64,000 nt of DNA. Source: an uncultured Acidobacteriota bacterium (GTDB lineage Bacteria; Acidobacteriota; Thermoanaerobaculia; Multivoradales; JAHEKO01). Location of the stretch: assembly GCA_963713825.1 (NCBI GenBank), contig CAVQNG010000004.1, positions 128,001-192,000 of the forward strand, read 5' to 3'. Every line of letters begins with the position of its first letter. The first letter of the stretch is position 1. Positions 52,945-62,403 of the stretch are shown piece by piece. The notes beneath the pieces are model-generated. The model did no database searches. It was not told the origin of the DNA and saw only the letters and a program-made list of their open reading frames with translations. The translations under genes were made by a program, and so were the position numbers.

Positions 52945-54948
52945 CTAGATGGTCTGAGGCTGCTCTTGCAGGAACATCCCCGGTCGATACGCTGTGATTC
53001 GACCCGTGAAGGCGGAAGCAGCAACAGTCAAAGGTGAGGCCAAATAGAGCTTGCCGGGGCCTGAGCGGCCCTTGTAGTTGCGGTTGATCGCGGAAACAGT
53101 GACCTGATCGTCATTCTCCGAGACGCCAGGCCCGCACCCGATACAAGCTCCGCATCCGGGCTGGATGACCGTGACTCCTGCCTTGGCGAACGTCTCCATA
53201 AAGCCGTTCTCCCGGCAGTACTTCTCGACCGATTTCGAGCCCACCTGAATCAGAAAGACTACGCCGCGGGCGACCGTGAGACCGGCCTCCACGGCTTCCG
53301 CGACCACCTGGTGGTAGAAAATCAGGTCGTCGATCTTGCCCGCCGTGCAGCTGCCCCCGTAGGCGATGTCGATGGCGACTTCGTCGACCTCTTCGACCAG
53401 GGCCCCATTCGTGGGATCGGAGGGAACGCCGTGGTCCGGGTCTCCAGGATGCGCCACCATCGGCTGGATTGAAGCCAGATCGATGGTGTGAACTCCGCCG
53501 TCGTAATGCGCTTCTGGGTCGGCCTCAACCGCCCGCTGCCGAAGCTCGACCCCGTCGATTTCTGGTCGCCGCTGCTCGATCCAGCGGTAGGTTTCTTCAT
53601 CCGCCTCCACAATGGCGCCACGTGCGGAGCACTCCGTCGCCATATTGGTGAGTGTGGCTCTTTCGTCCATGGAAAGACTGGCGATACCGGGCCCGGTGAA
53701 CTCCATGACCCGGTTCAGCGTCATCTGAGGCCGAGCGAACTCGAGCAGAATGAACAGCATGAGGTCCTTGGCTGTTACGCCCTCTGGGAGGCGCCCTACC
53801 AATTCGAATCGAATCGACTCGGGCACCTCGACCGTCGTGAATCCCGAATGAATGAGATTGGCGTATTCAGTGGCGCCCACACCCCAGGCGAGAGCGTTGT
53901 TACAGCCCCCCATACAGGTGTGACTGTCCGTGGCTTGGATGAAGTCGCCTGGCGAGATCAGGACCTCGCGCGCCACCTCATGGCAGATCCCCGGTGAGAC
54001 ACCGTCCTTGGCTGAGAAGTCCTGGACTCCGGTGTGCCTTTGGAACTCCACCTGGAGCTCTCGTAGTCGCTCGATCTTGTCCATGAAGGGACGCATCCTG
54101 GGCACTTCGTCCGCGTAGATCAGGTGGTCCTCGAAAACCGCGAAGCGCCCCGCAGCCTCGATGCGGTAGTCGGTACCGTGCTCCTGCTCGAGGAAATACT
54201 GAACCTGAGCCGTTGTGAACTCGTGGGAGTAACCACCATCGACTTCGACCACGAGGCTGTCGCCCGGCTTGACGCATCGATCTCGAGCACCCAGAGCGTG
54301 ACGAGCCAGAACCTTCTCCGCCATGGTCATCGGCCGGCTTTCCGTGTTATTGGCCGGCCACTCGATCTCCTTCCGGGCGACAGACTTGGCAAGTGGGAAC
54401 AACCCCCCATGCCGCACGATGAGCTGGGTAATCGGATCGTACTCTCTGTAGAACTCCTCCAAGGGCACGCCATCGCCGGCCTGCAGCCGTTGGAGCGTCT
54501 CGTGGTCGGTCATCAGCACGCCCTGATTGATGTTGTTGGCGGCATGAATCGGCGCAAAGGAGGCCGCGACGGCGATCTTGATTCCGGACCATTTTTCCGC
54601 TTGAACGGCGGTCTCTCGGGAGCTTCCGACTCCCTTCCGGTGGCCGGAAACGATGACCTCGAAGTCACCGCCGTAGAGTGCGTCTCGTTCGAAGAGCCTC
54701 TCGCCATCGACGATCAGGCCGGCGTAGGCCTCACGCGCCAGATCCTCCGGTCGGTGGTTGAAGCACACCCAGGCCGGAGTCATGACATCGGTATTGATGT
54801 CGTCCAGGAGATCGTCGACTGTCAGATCCTCCATCTTGAGATCGAGCTCGCCGGCGAGCTGGCGGCGAATCAGCTCCGGATCCTTGGTCAAGAACAGGAC
54901 CCGTTTGCCCGGGGTCAAGTGCAATGTTTGTGGCGGCTTCAACGACAT
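52945..54948 (-). CDS. Aconitase-family hydro-lyase, fused swivel (LeuD-like) and large (LeuC-like) domains
   Basis: DINTD, GVGSSRE, FEDH, GICH, DSHT, GGSCTAG, GCGACIG, NRNY, LASP. Confidence 0.9.
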   Translation of the reverse strand: MSLKPPQTLHLTPGKRVLFLTKDPELIRRQLAGELDLKMEDLTVDDLLDDINTDVMTPAWVCFNHRPEDLAREAYAGLIVDGERLFERDALYGGDFEVIVSGHRKGVGSSRETAVQAEKWSGIKIAVAASFAPIHAANNINQGVLMTDHETLQRLQAGDGVPLEEFYREYDPITQLIVRHGGLFPLAKSVARKEIEWPANNTESRPMTMAEKVLARHALGARDRCVKPGDSLVVEVDGGYSHEFTTAQVQYFLEQEHGTDYRIEAAGRFAVFEDHLIYADEVPRMRPFMDKIERLRELQVEFQRHTGVQDFSAKDGVSPGICHEVAREVLISPGDFIQATDSHTCMGGCNNALAWGVGATEYANLIHSGFTTVEVPESIRFELVGRLPEGVTAKDLMLFILLEFARPQMTLNRVMEFTGPGIASLSMDERATLTNMATECSARGAIVEADEETYRWIEQRRPEIDGVELRQRAVEADPEAHYDGGVHTIDLASIQPMVAHPGDPDHGVPSDPTNGALVEEVDEVAIDIAYGGSCTAGKIDDLIFYHQVVAEAVEAGLTVARGVVFLIQVGSKSVEKYCRENGFMETFAKAGVTVIQPGCGACIGCGPGVSENDDQVTVSAINRNYKGRSGPGKLYLASPLTVAASAFTGRITAYRPGMFLQEQPQTI

Positions 54949-55135
54949 GTCCGATCAAGGGGGGGTCAGAGCGCCCTATTCTATCCATAGGTCTGGAAAT
55001 AGCCTCCTCGGGCACTACCGCAGGTGGCTCGAGGGCCACTGGATCCCTACCGACGCCAATCCGTTTTCCAACCAAGCAAGATCGATGAATAGCCTGCTAC
55101 GATCACTTCGCTGGCCTTGCAACGAGGAGCTCAGA

Positions 55136-56824
55136 ATGTCTCAGATCATCGAATGTGTTCCCAACTTCAGTGAAGGCCGCGACATGACCGTGATCCGGGA
55201 GATCACGGACGCGATCGAGAGCGTCGATGGTGTCGCTCTGCTGGATGTGGATCCCGGCCTGGCGACCAACCGCACCGTGGTGACGTTTGCTGGAGCCCCA
55301 GAGAACGTAGTCGAGGCCGCTGTGCGAGCAGCCCAGAAGGCGGCCGAGTTGATCGACATGCGGCAGCACCTGGGCGAGCACCCTCGGTTCGGAGCCATGG
55401 ACGTCTGCCCGCTGGTTCCGGTCTCGGGAATCTCGATCGAGGAGACCGCCTCCTATGCTCACCAGTTGGCCGAACGACTCGGGCGTGAAGTCGGCCTCAC
55501 TGTGTTCTGCTACGAGCACGCTGCGACCTCCGATGATCGCCAGAATCTGGCCAATGTAAGAGCCGGGGAATACGAAGGACTCAAGGAGAAGCTCGCCAAG
55601 CCAGAGTGGCAGCCAGACTACGGACCAGCCAAGGTCAACCTGCAGTCAGGAGCCACGGCAGTCGGGGCGAGAGAGTTTCTGATTGCCTACAACGTCAACC
55701 TGAATACGACCTCAACGCGAAGGGCCAATGCTGTGGCCTTCGATGTCCGAGAAAAGGGCCGAATCCAACGGACAGGCGACCCACTCACAGGCACCATCGT
55801 GCGCGACGACCAGGGCGAACCGGTCTACATTCCGGGCACTCTCGAGGCGGTCAAGGCCATTGGTTGGTTCATCGAGGAGTACGGCATCGCGCAAATCTCC
55901 ATGAACCTGACGGACCTGACACAAACCTCACTGCATAGGGCATTCGACGAGGTCTGTGAGAAGGCGGCGGCGCGAGGGATGCGGGTTACCGGTTCCGAAT
56001 TGGTCGGCCTCGTGCCCCTCGAAGCGATTCTGGAAGCCGGTCGTCACTACCTGCGCAAGCAGGGTCGCTCGCTTGGCGTACCCGATCACGAGATCATCAA
56101 GATCGCCGTCAAGTCTCTGGGGCTGGACGATCTCAAGCCCTTCGAGCCCGCGGACAAGATCATCGAATTCAATCTCGCGGCCCAGGTCCCTGCCAGGCCG
56201 CGACTCGTGGATCAGTCCCTGACGGCTTTCGTCGAGTCCACGGCGTCGGAATCACCGGCTCCAGGTGGAGGCTCGGTGTCGGCCGCCATAGGTGCGCTCG
56301 GCTCTGCGCTGGGAACGATGGTCGCCAATCTCTCTGCCCACAAGCGAGGCTGGGACGAGCGTTGGGAGGAATTCTCCGATTGGGCCGAGCAAGGCAAGGC
56401 TCTTTACGAGGAGCTTCTAAGGCTCGTGGACGAGGACACCGCCGCCTTCGACGGAATTCTCACCGCCTTGCGCCTGCCCCAATCCTCCGAAAGCGAAAGG
56501 GCTGAGCGTCACCAGGCCGTCCAGCAGGCCACGAGACATGCGATCGAGATACCTTTCCAGGTCATGCAGGCATCGCTCGAGTCCATGAAAGTCCTCGAAG
56601 CAATGGCGAGGGAGGGAAATCCCGCATCGGTCTCCGATGCCGGAGTCGGAGCCCTCTGTGCGCGGGCTGCGGCTCGCGGCGCCTACATGAACATGCAGAT
56701 CAACTCTGGCGACCTCGAAGACAAAGTCGCCGTCGCGGATCTTCTGGCTCGAGGGAAGGCTCTCGATGAGCAGGCTGCGACGCTCGAATCAGCGATTCTC
56801 GAGGTTGTCCACGAGAGACTGTGA
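55136..56824 (+). CDS. ftcD: Bifunctional glutamate formimidoyltransferase / formiminotetrahydrofolate cyclodeaminase
   Basis: ECVPNFSEGRD, HPRFGAMDVCP, QISMNL, SELVGLVP, SPAPGGGS, SDAGV. Confidence 0.95.
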   Translation: MSQIIECVPNFSEGRDMTVIREITDAIESVDGVALLDVDPGLATNRTVVTFAGAPENVVEAAVRAAQKAAELIDMRQHLGEHPRFGAMDVCPLVPVSGISIEETASYAHQLAERLGREVGLTVFCYEHAATSDDRQNLANVRAGEYEGLKEKLAKPEWQPDYGPAKVNLQSGATAVGAREFLIAYNVNLNTTSTRRANAVAFDVREKGRIQRTGDPLTGTIVRDDQGEPVYIPGTLEAVKAIGWFIEEYGIAQISMNLTDLTQTSLHRAFDEVCEKAAARGMRVTGSELVGLVPLEAILEAGRHYLRKQGRSLGVPDHEIIKIAVKSLGLDDLKPFEPADKIIEFNLAAQVPARPRLVDQSLTAFVESTASESPAPGGGSVSAAIGALGSALGTMVANLSAHKRGWDERWEEFSDWAEQGKALYEELLRLVDEDTAAFDGILTALRLPQSSESERAERHQAVQQATRHAIEIPFQVMQASLESMKVLEAMAREGNPASVSDAGVGALCARAAARGAYMNMQINSGDLEDKVAVADLLARGKALDEQAATLESAILEVVHERL

Positions 56825-56830
56825 GCAGGA

Positions 56831-58209
56831 CTATTCGGCGACGCTGAGGCCGACGCCGAACCTGGCCCGCTCTCTGGCTGTTTCCAAGCGAGTTCCCAAC
56901 TCGTTGACGAAGGCCACTGTCATCTTCTCGACCTCCAACGCCTTGCGGCAGAAAGCCAGGGCAGCCAGAGTCTCTTGATGGATCTTCAGCGAACTGAAGA
57001 TCGTCAACATTTCCGATGCGAGAGCTTTCAACTCGCCGAGGCGGCCCTGGCGCAGATAAACGAGAGCCAAGTCGAGAGAGACGAGGGCTACATCGTGAGC
57101 CATTCCCTTGTCGACGAAGAACCGTTTGACTTCGAGAAAAGCCTCCTCCGCATCGATCAACTGTTCGGAATCGACCGCAATCTGCCCTTCCAACCACTTG
57201 AAACGCGTCAGATCGACGGCGTTGCTTATGCTTTGTGTGGATCTCCTGATCGCTGGGGAAAGGCTGGCTATGCTTCCTGAGATCGACCACATGCGATCAG
57301 ATAAATGACAGATTGTGATTTACCGCAAGAGCAAACGAGGTATGCCAAGCTTCATCATCTCACCAGAGCTATACTCTTTCTAGGGCCTCGACCGCCGATT
57401 CAGACTTTCCTTTGGTAAGTCAAGACATCGGCCATCGACAATGATGTTCGGCCCTCCAGATGATTCCTGACCTTCGAGTAGACCGCTCAATGGCCCGATC
57501 AAGGCATCGGCAACGCGCACGAAACTGTCTCTTCTCCGACAGGAGAGCGCTGCAAGGTCGCAAGTGACGTGGCCTCATCCGTGAGGGTGCTAGTCCCATC
57601 AGCGGCCAGTTCGCTTGCTATCCAAGGGCGCTGCGAGCCTGGCAGATCCGAACCGATTCGACATGCATTTCCCAAGAATGCATAGGCTTTGGCCCGAGAT
57701 CACGAACGAGCTCACTAGAGAATAAGTCACTTCCTTAAGAGAGTCAGCAATGGCGACTGCAAGGTGATCGTCAATTCAGAGACTGGATTCGGATCTTGTG
57801 CCCCCATCTCGAATCCCCGGTCGAGCGCCAGCTGACAAAGCTCAACAGATTTGAACCGCTCGCTGTTTTCGACCAGGATCACGCGCTGCTCGGGCGAATG
57901 AGCCATCAATTCCTGGAGCATCTCTTCCGGAGATGCTCCTGTTGCCCGCCTGCTCTCCTCTTCGGTCTGCTGGTCTCGATGAAGCAAGGCAACCAGCTCC
58001 GACTCTCTCTCGGGCGTCAGATCGTCCACGCACAACCTTCCAAGGTCCTCGATGCAGTCGACCATTTCACACAAGAATTCTCGACAAGAGCCGCACCAAT
58101 CACGATGGTGCTCGAATGACTCTCTATCCTGGCGAACCAGAGCATCTTCGAGATACTCGGTCACGTCGTTTCTGAACTGCACGCACGTGGCAGACGTTTG
58201 AGTCTTCAT
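56831..58209 (-). pseudogene. Zinc anti-sigma (ZAS/zf-HC2)-TPR protein, interrupted by multiple frameshifts
   Basis: Intact N-terminus (C..EYLEDAL..HRDWCGSC) and intact C-terminus (RFKWLEGQI...VSLDLALVY); 57240-57780 yields consecutive fragments in shifting frames (AKAYAFLGNACRIGSDL, CLDRAIE, HLEGRTSLSMA). Confidence 0.8.
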
Positions 58210-58214
58210 TGCTT

Positions 58215-58922
58215 CTATGACCTCTTGTTGATGTCCCGCAACGCTGCTCTGACCTGGACCCGGGCACGATGCAGCAGCACCCGTTGATGGGTCGACCGAA
58301 TCGTCAGCGCGTTACAGACTTCTTTCGAGGACCACCCTTCGACATCCCGGAGGGTGATGACGGCACGTTGCCGAAGCGGCAACTGCGCGATTGCCTTGGC
58401 CCGACGAGACTCCAACTCTCGCCGCAGGACCGTCGCTTCGGGTGATGGGATGTTGCTGCTGGTGCCCCAGACCCAGGGCGATTTCCCTGGACTCTGAACC
58501 TCCGAGATCGAGGCCCTTTCGAGGAGCTCGCAGCGTCCCGACTCTTCGCTTTCGAAGGAGGAGAGGGGAACACTGCGGCTCTCTCGCAAACCTCTCGTCT
58601 TGGCTCGATTGAGCAGAATTCCGAACAGCCAGGTCTTCAGCGTACTCCGGCTCTCGAACCGCGCAATTCCCTCGACCAAGGCCGTCCAGACTTCCTGTGC
58701 GACTTCCTCGGCTACCTCCCGACTCGACACATAGACCATGGCCACTCGCACCATCGAGCTGTGGTGCGCCCGGACTACTCGTGCGAAGACCTCCTCGTTC
58801 TTCGCAAGAAGGGCTTCGATCACCTCGGGGCCTTCGATAGCTCCAGGTTTGACTGGCAGGTTCGTCCTTGCGGCGGCCGAAGCCGAATCAGGAGTTGCAT
58901 TCTTCAGCGTGATTCGGGTCAA
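58215..58922 (-). CDS. ECF sigma factor
   Basis: AEEVAQEVW, RFESRSTLKTWLFGIL, LPLRQRAVITLRDVEGWSSKEVC...QRVLLHRAR; start uncertain. Confidence 0.9.
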   Translation of the reverse strand: MTRITLKNATPDSASAAARTNLPVKPGAIEGPEVIEALLAKNEEVFARVVRAHHSSMVRVAMVYVSSREVAEEVAQEVWTALVEGIARFESRSTLKTWLFGILLNRAKTRGLRESRSVPLSSFESEESGRCELLERASISEVQSPGKSPWVWGTSSNIPSPEATVLRRELESRRAKAIAQLPLRQRAVITLRDVEGWSSKEVCNALTIRSTHQRVLLHRARVQVRAALRDINKRS

Positions 58923-59131
58923 GCTCTTCGAAATACCAGTCGCATGAAATGAGGGCTGGCCAGACCAGTTGATTCCACTGCCCGGTTCCCCGTTTCGTTG
59001 CCTTTGCGGAGACCTACGACCTTGCAGCCACCCGCCGCCCAGGGAGATTCGACGTGCCGGAGTTGATTACGGGAAAACTCTGCATTGAACTCTTGTAGTC
59101 TATTGATCCGGTCACTCCCCTTCACTGGTGA

Positions 59132-59158
59132 GTCTTACAAGACCACCGAATCGTTACA
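59132..59158 (-). promoter_or_regulatory. Putative ECF-type promoter
   Basis: TGTAAC-17 nt-AGAC upstream of the second sigma gene. Confidence 0.35.
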
Positions 59159-59268
59159 GAGGGTCTTCAACATTCCAGCTTGTGGGGTTTGCTGGAGATA
59201 GTGGAACACCGCAAGGAACCTATTCGGCGCTCGGGTCCGAATGTCGAACACGGGTTTAGGTGCGGCTG

Positions 59269-60689
59269 CTAGGACTGGAGGGAAAGGTGTGGGTGGTTGC
59301 GGGCGTTCTTCAGGTAGACAGCCAGATCCCGAATCAGCCCGAACGACACTTTCTCCATTTCAACGGCTTGCTGAAATAGGACTAGAGCCGCAATCGCTTC
59401 GCCGACCGATCCCGAAGATTCCTATGAACAGCGTCAAGATTTCTGTGGTTAGCTGCTGCAGTGCGGAAATCCGGCTCTCTGACGAAGAACAAGGTCCCCA
59501 GATCCAGAGAGACTTGAGCTACATCGTGAGAGCCATTTCTGCTTCTACGAAGAAGACTCTCAGCTCGCAGAAAGCTGCTTCGGCAGAGCTAGCTCACCAT
59601 GCCCCTGAGAGATATTAGCCTTCAAGCCACTCCGAACCGCATCAGGTCAACTGCTGTTCCCAAGCTCTGTGTGCAATGCCCGCAGCTTCAGAGACCAACG
59701 CTAGACGCTTGATGATATCGACCGCATGCAGTAGAGATAGTAGACAAGGTTGTGCTTTGCTGCGAGCAGCAGCCTGATTTCCGTATGGGGTATCTGATTC
59801 GCTAAGACCATGGCCTGTGCAAAGTCGCCACAGCCTTCTCAAGATCACCCGAACTCACCCAGTTGAATCCTTTCGAGCATCATTGCGCTTCCCCGACGGT
59901 GCGCCCCGCCAAGACGGCGATAAGATCTTAATCGCCTTATCGAGAAGCATTTGAAGCCTTCCCTGAACCGAGATGCTCGGTGAGTCAAAGAGCACCCTGA
60001 AGACTTCAAGTCCAAGAATCTTGCTAGTTCAAGTTCGGATCGCCGGTGCCCTTTTCCAGCTCCCTCAAAGGCTGTTGGAGTGATTCGAAAGCCTCCAGCC
60101 CCGCAGATCTGACTTGATTCGAAGGCATTTGCCGAAGCAGCGCCAAGCTCTGGCCTTTGCGTCGTTCATCAACTCGGCAGTGTAGATCGCTCATCGAGAT
60201 GTCTCTGCGATCGCTACGTCCAAGCTCAGTTGGCTCGAGCGCCTCTTTTCGGACCTGAGGACCAGTGGCGAAACCGCGCTCCGTGCCAGCAATCGCACAA
60301 AGGCTCCAAGTCCTGAAATCGCTCGCTAGTTATCAACGAGCAGCAGTTGCTGCTCCGATGGGTGCGCTCCAGATCTCCCAAGCATCATCCGGAGCCAGGT
60401 TTCGTTTCGAAGGCTGATGAGCGCACCACTAAGTTCCAGAGTTCGGGGAAGAGCCTCTTGAAACATGCTCGAATCGCAACTGGAATCTCGTCTCAGCTTG
60501 CGACTCGTCAGGACTCTTGGGTTCTTCGATCTTCCAGCCTTTGAATCGCAAGGGGAAGGACTCGGGCAACATCCTGGCACTCGGGCAACTCCCAACAGAT
60601 GGCGGACTATCCCTTTTGCTTCTTAGCCCCAAGACTTGCCCCTCATGAACGCTCCAAACGAGTCGCCGGGAAGGATGCCAATCAGTCAT
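59269..60689 (-). pseudogene. Second ZAS-TPR protein, heavily frameshifted paralog
   Basis: ATG overlaps the sigma 3' end; fragments across frames: HPS..IVRHLL..CQDVARVL, HPSEQQLLLVDN, NDAKARAWRCFG, LEKGTGDP, KHNLVYYL, AQVSLDLG, AALVLFQQAVEMEKVSFGLIRDLAVYLKNAR. Confidence 0.78.
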
Positions 60690-61221
60690 CTTGGCCTCCC
60701 TCGACGATCCCGCAAGCGACCATACTCCGAGTCAGGGCGGCCAGGCAGCGCTCAGTCACCTTGTAGATTCCTGATGCCTTGTAGCCGAGGCGCCGGGCGG
60801 CCTCGGGAGCGTCGCAGCCCTCCTGGTATCGAAGGGTGAGGAGGTTACGGCAGCGGGACGGCAGCTGCGTGAGAAGCGATCGCATGTCTTGCTGCAGATC
60901 GAGAGCCTCCTGCGGGCTTTCCCTGGTTGCCGCCAAATTCTCCAGCAAAGCCTCGTCCAAAGCGGTGTAGAGCTTGCGTCGCCGCTCTCGCCAGTAACTC
61001 AAACATCGGTTGCGGAGGGTTCCTATGAACCACTTCTCCGGGCTCTCGACGCTCTCTGATTTGTACAGATAGACCAGCAATGTTTGCTGTAAAAGGTCTT
61101 CCGAATCTTGAGGAGGAATCCGGAAACGCGCGAACGTCGCGCGGATTCGGGGCTCGAGCTCCTGCAGGAGCCCTTCAATGGCGGCATTCGAAGGTAGCGT
61201 AGATACTTCCATGAACTCCAT
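60682..61221 (-). CDS. ECF sigma factor
   Basis: RFRIPPQDSEDLLQQ, WFIGTLRNRC, LPSRCRNLLTLRYQEG..A..LGY; start 61221 or 61212. Confidence 0.9.
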   Translation of the reverse strand: MEFMEVSTLPSNAAIEGLLQELEPRIRATFARFRIPPQDSEDLLQQTLLVYLYKSESVESPEKWFIGTLRNRCLSYWRERRRKLYTALDEALLENLAATRESPQEALDLQQDMRSLLTQLPSRCRNLLTLRYQEGCDAPEAARRLGYKASGIYKVTERCLAALTRSMVACGIVEGGQDD

Positions 61222-61245
61222 CCTCGAGCCCTAAGACTCGAAGAC

Positions 61246-61274
61246 AGAGTAACACTGTGCCGGAAACTTGTCCA
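61246..61274 (-). promoter_or_regulatory. Putative sigma70 promoter for the ECF sigma gene
   Basis: TGGACA-17 nt-TACTCT with extended TG; inverted repeat at 61296-61323 just upstream. Confidence 0.45.
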
Positions 61275-61374
61275 GCTTATAGAAACCCTGCAATAGGCAG
61301 TAAAACGCTAGTAATTCACTGCCAACTGTCCTGGGCTCGAAAGCCCCTCCCCAGGTGGGGGTTCAGCCAATGCC

Positions 61375-61452
61375 CTAGCCGTGCGGATCGATTTGAGCGC
61401 CCGCGTTCGACCCGAAGCCGAACAGGACCATGATGAATTTCATGAAGCTCAT
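61375..61452 (-). CDS. 25-aa small peptide MSFMKFIMVLFGFGSNAGAQIDPHG
   Basis: RBS AAAGGGGGA just before ATG, TAG stop, GC-rich hairpins downstream, upstream promoter; not in the ORF track. Confidence 0.7.
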   Translation of the reverse strand: MSFMKFIMVLFGFGSNAGAQIDPHG

Positions 61453-61629
61453 CCGTCCCCCTTTCGATTTCCCCGACAAGCCATAAAGATGACCGCGATG
61501 GCCGCCCTCGCCCGTCAGAAAACCCTCAAATGTCCCTCCCCTTCGAAAAGAGGAGGCCTTCAGCTAAGAGATTCCCCCATGCCAGTCAAACGTGGTTCAG
61601 CGCGACCGGCGAGAATCGTATGCGCGTAT

Positions 61630-61658
61630 AGCATAAGACAAATATGTCATGCGCGCAA
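61630..61658 (-). promoter_or_regulatory. sigma70 promoter for the peptide gene, overlapped by a palindrome
   Basis: TTGCGC-17 nt-TATGCT; GACA-AATA-TGTC core in the spacer. Confidence 0.5.
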
Positions 61659-61716
61659 GCCCCCTATCGCTATGCACTGGCTGGTTTGTTGATAGGCTCA
61701 GGAGCCCGGAATCACT

Positions 61717-62403
61717 ATGTGCGGAAGGTATACCCTCTCTACCCCATCCGACCTCCTGGCTGACCTGATGGAGGTTCAGGAAACGCCTCAGCTGTCACAG
61801 CGGTTCAACATCGCTCCGACCCAAGAAGCACCGATCCTCCGGCTGGCCGATGACCCTTCGCCCCACAGGGAGATCGTGCTTCTCAAATGGGGACTGGTTC
61901 CCTTCTGGGCCAAAGACCCGACGATTGGCAATCGGATGATCAACGCGAGAGCCGAAACCGTGGCCGAGAAGCCCTCTTTCCGTGACAGCTTCAAGAAGCG
62001 CCGGTGTATTGTGCTGACGGACGGCTTCTACGAGTGGCAGAAGACCGGGAGTGGCAAGCAACCCTACTTCTTTCGACTACAAAGTCAGCAGCCCTTCGGC
62101 ATGGCCGGCCTCTGGGACCGATGGGAAAAAGGCGACGGCCAACCCCTCGAGACATTTTCAATCCTGACTACAGAACCCAACGAGCTGGTGGCTACCGCTC
62201 ACCATCGAATGCCTGTCATTTTGAATCCGCGGCAGATCGAGCTCTGGCTCGACCCCGCAACCGACAGTAGCTCGGCGTTCGGCCCCTTTTGGGACCCCTA
62301 TCCCGCCGCGGACATGCAAGGATTTCCCGTCAGCACCTACGTCAACAACCCGGCGAACGACACGCCCCGATGCATCGAGCCCCTGAAGCTCTCAGAGGGT
62401 TGA
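61717..62403 (+). CDS. SOS response-associated peptidase (SRAP/YedK, abasic-site protection)
   Basis: MCGRY, RFNIAPTQ, WGLVPFW, INARAET, GFYEW, HHRMPVIL. Confidence 0.96.
   Translation: MCGRYTLSTPSDLLADLMEVQETPQLSQRFNIAPTQEAPILRLADDPSPHREIVLLKWGLVPFWAKDPTIGNRMINARAETVAEKPSFRDSFKKRRCIVLTDGFYEWQKTGSGKQPYFFRLQSQQPFGMAGLWDRWEKGDGQPLETFSILTTEPNELVATAHHRMPVILNPRQIELWLDPATDSSSAFGPFWDPYPAADMQGFPVSTYVNNPANDTPRCIEPLKLSEG

Noticed and set aside
58919-59125. 68-aa ORF or a second signal peptide between the sigma/TPR pairs
   Set aside because: No RBS before the start, no hydrophobic leader, no DPxG ending
57240-60689. Programmed frameshifting, phase variation or DGR diversification as the cause of the TPR disruption
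   Set aside because: Too many scattered indels, no simple-sequence tracts, no reverse transcriptase or template repeat in the window
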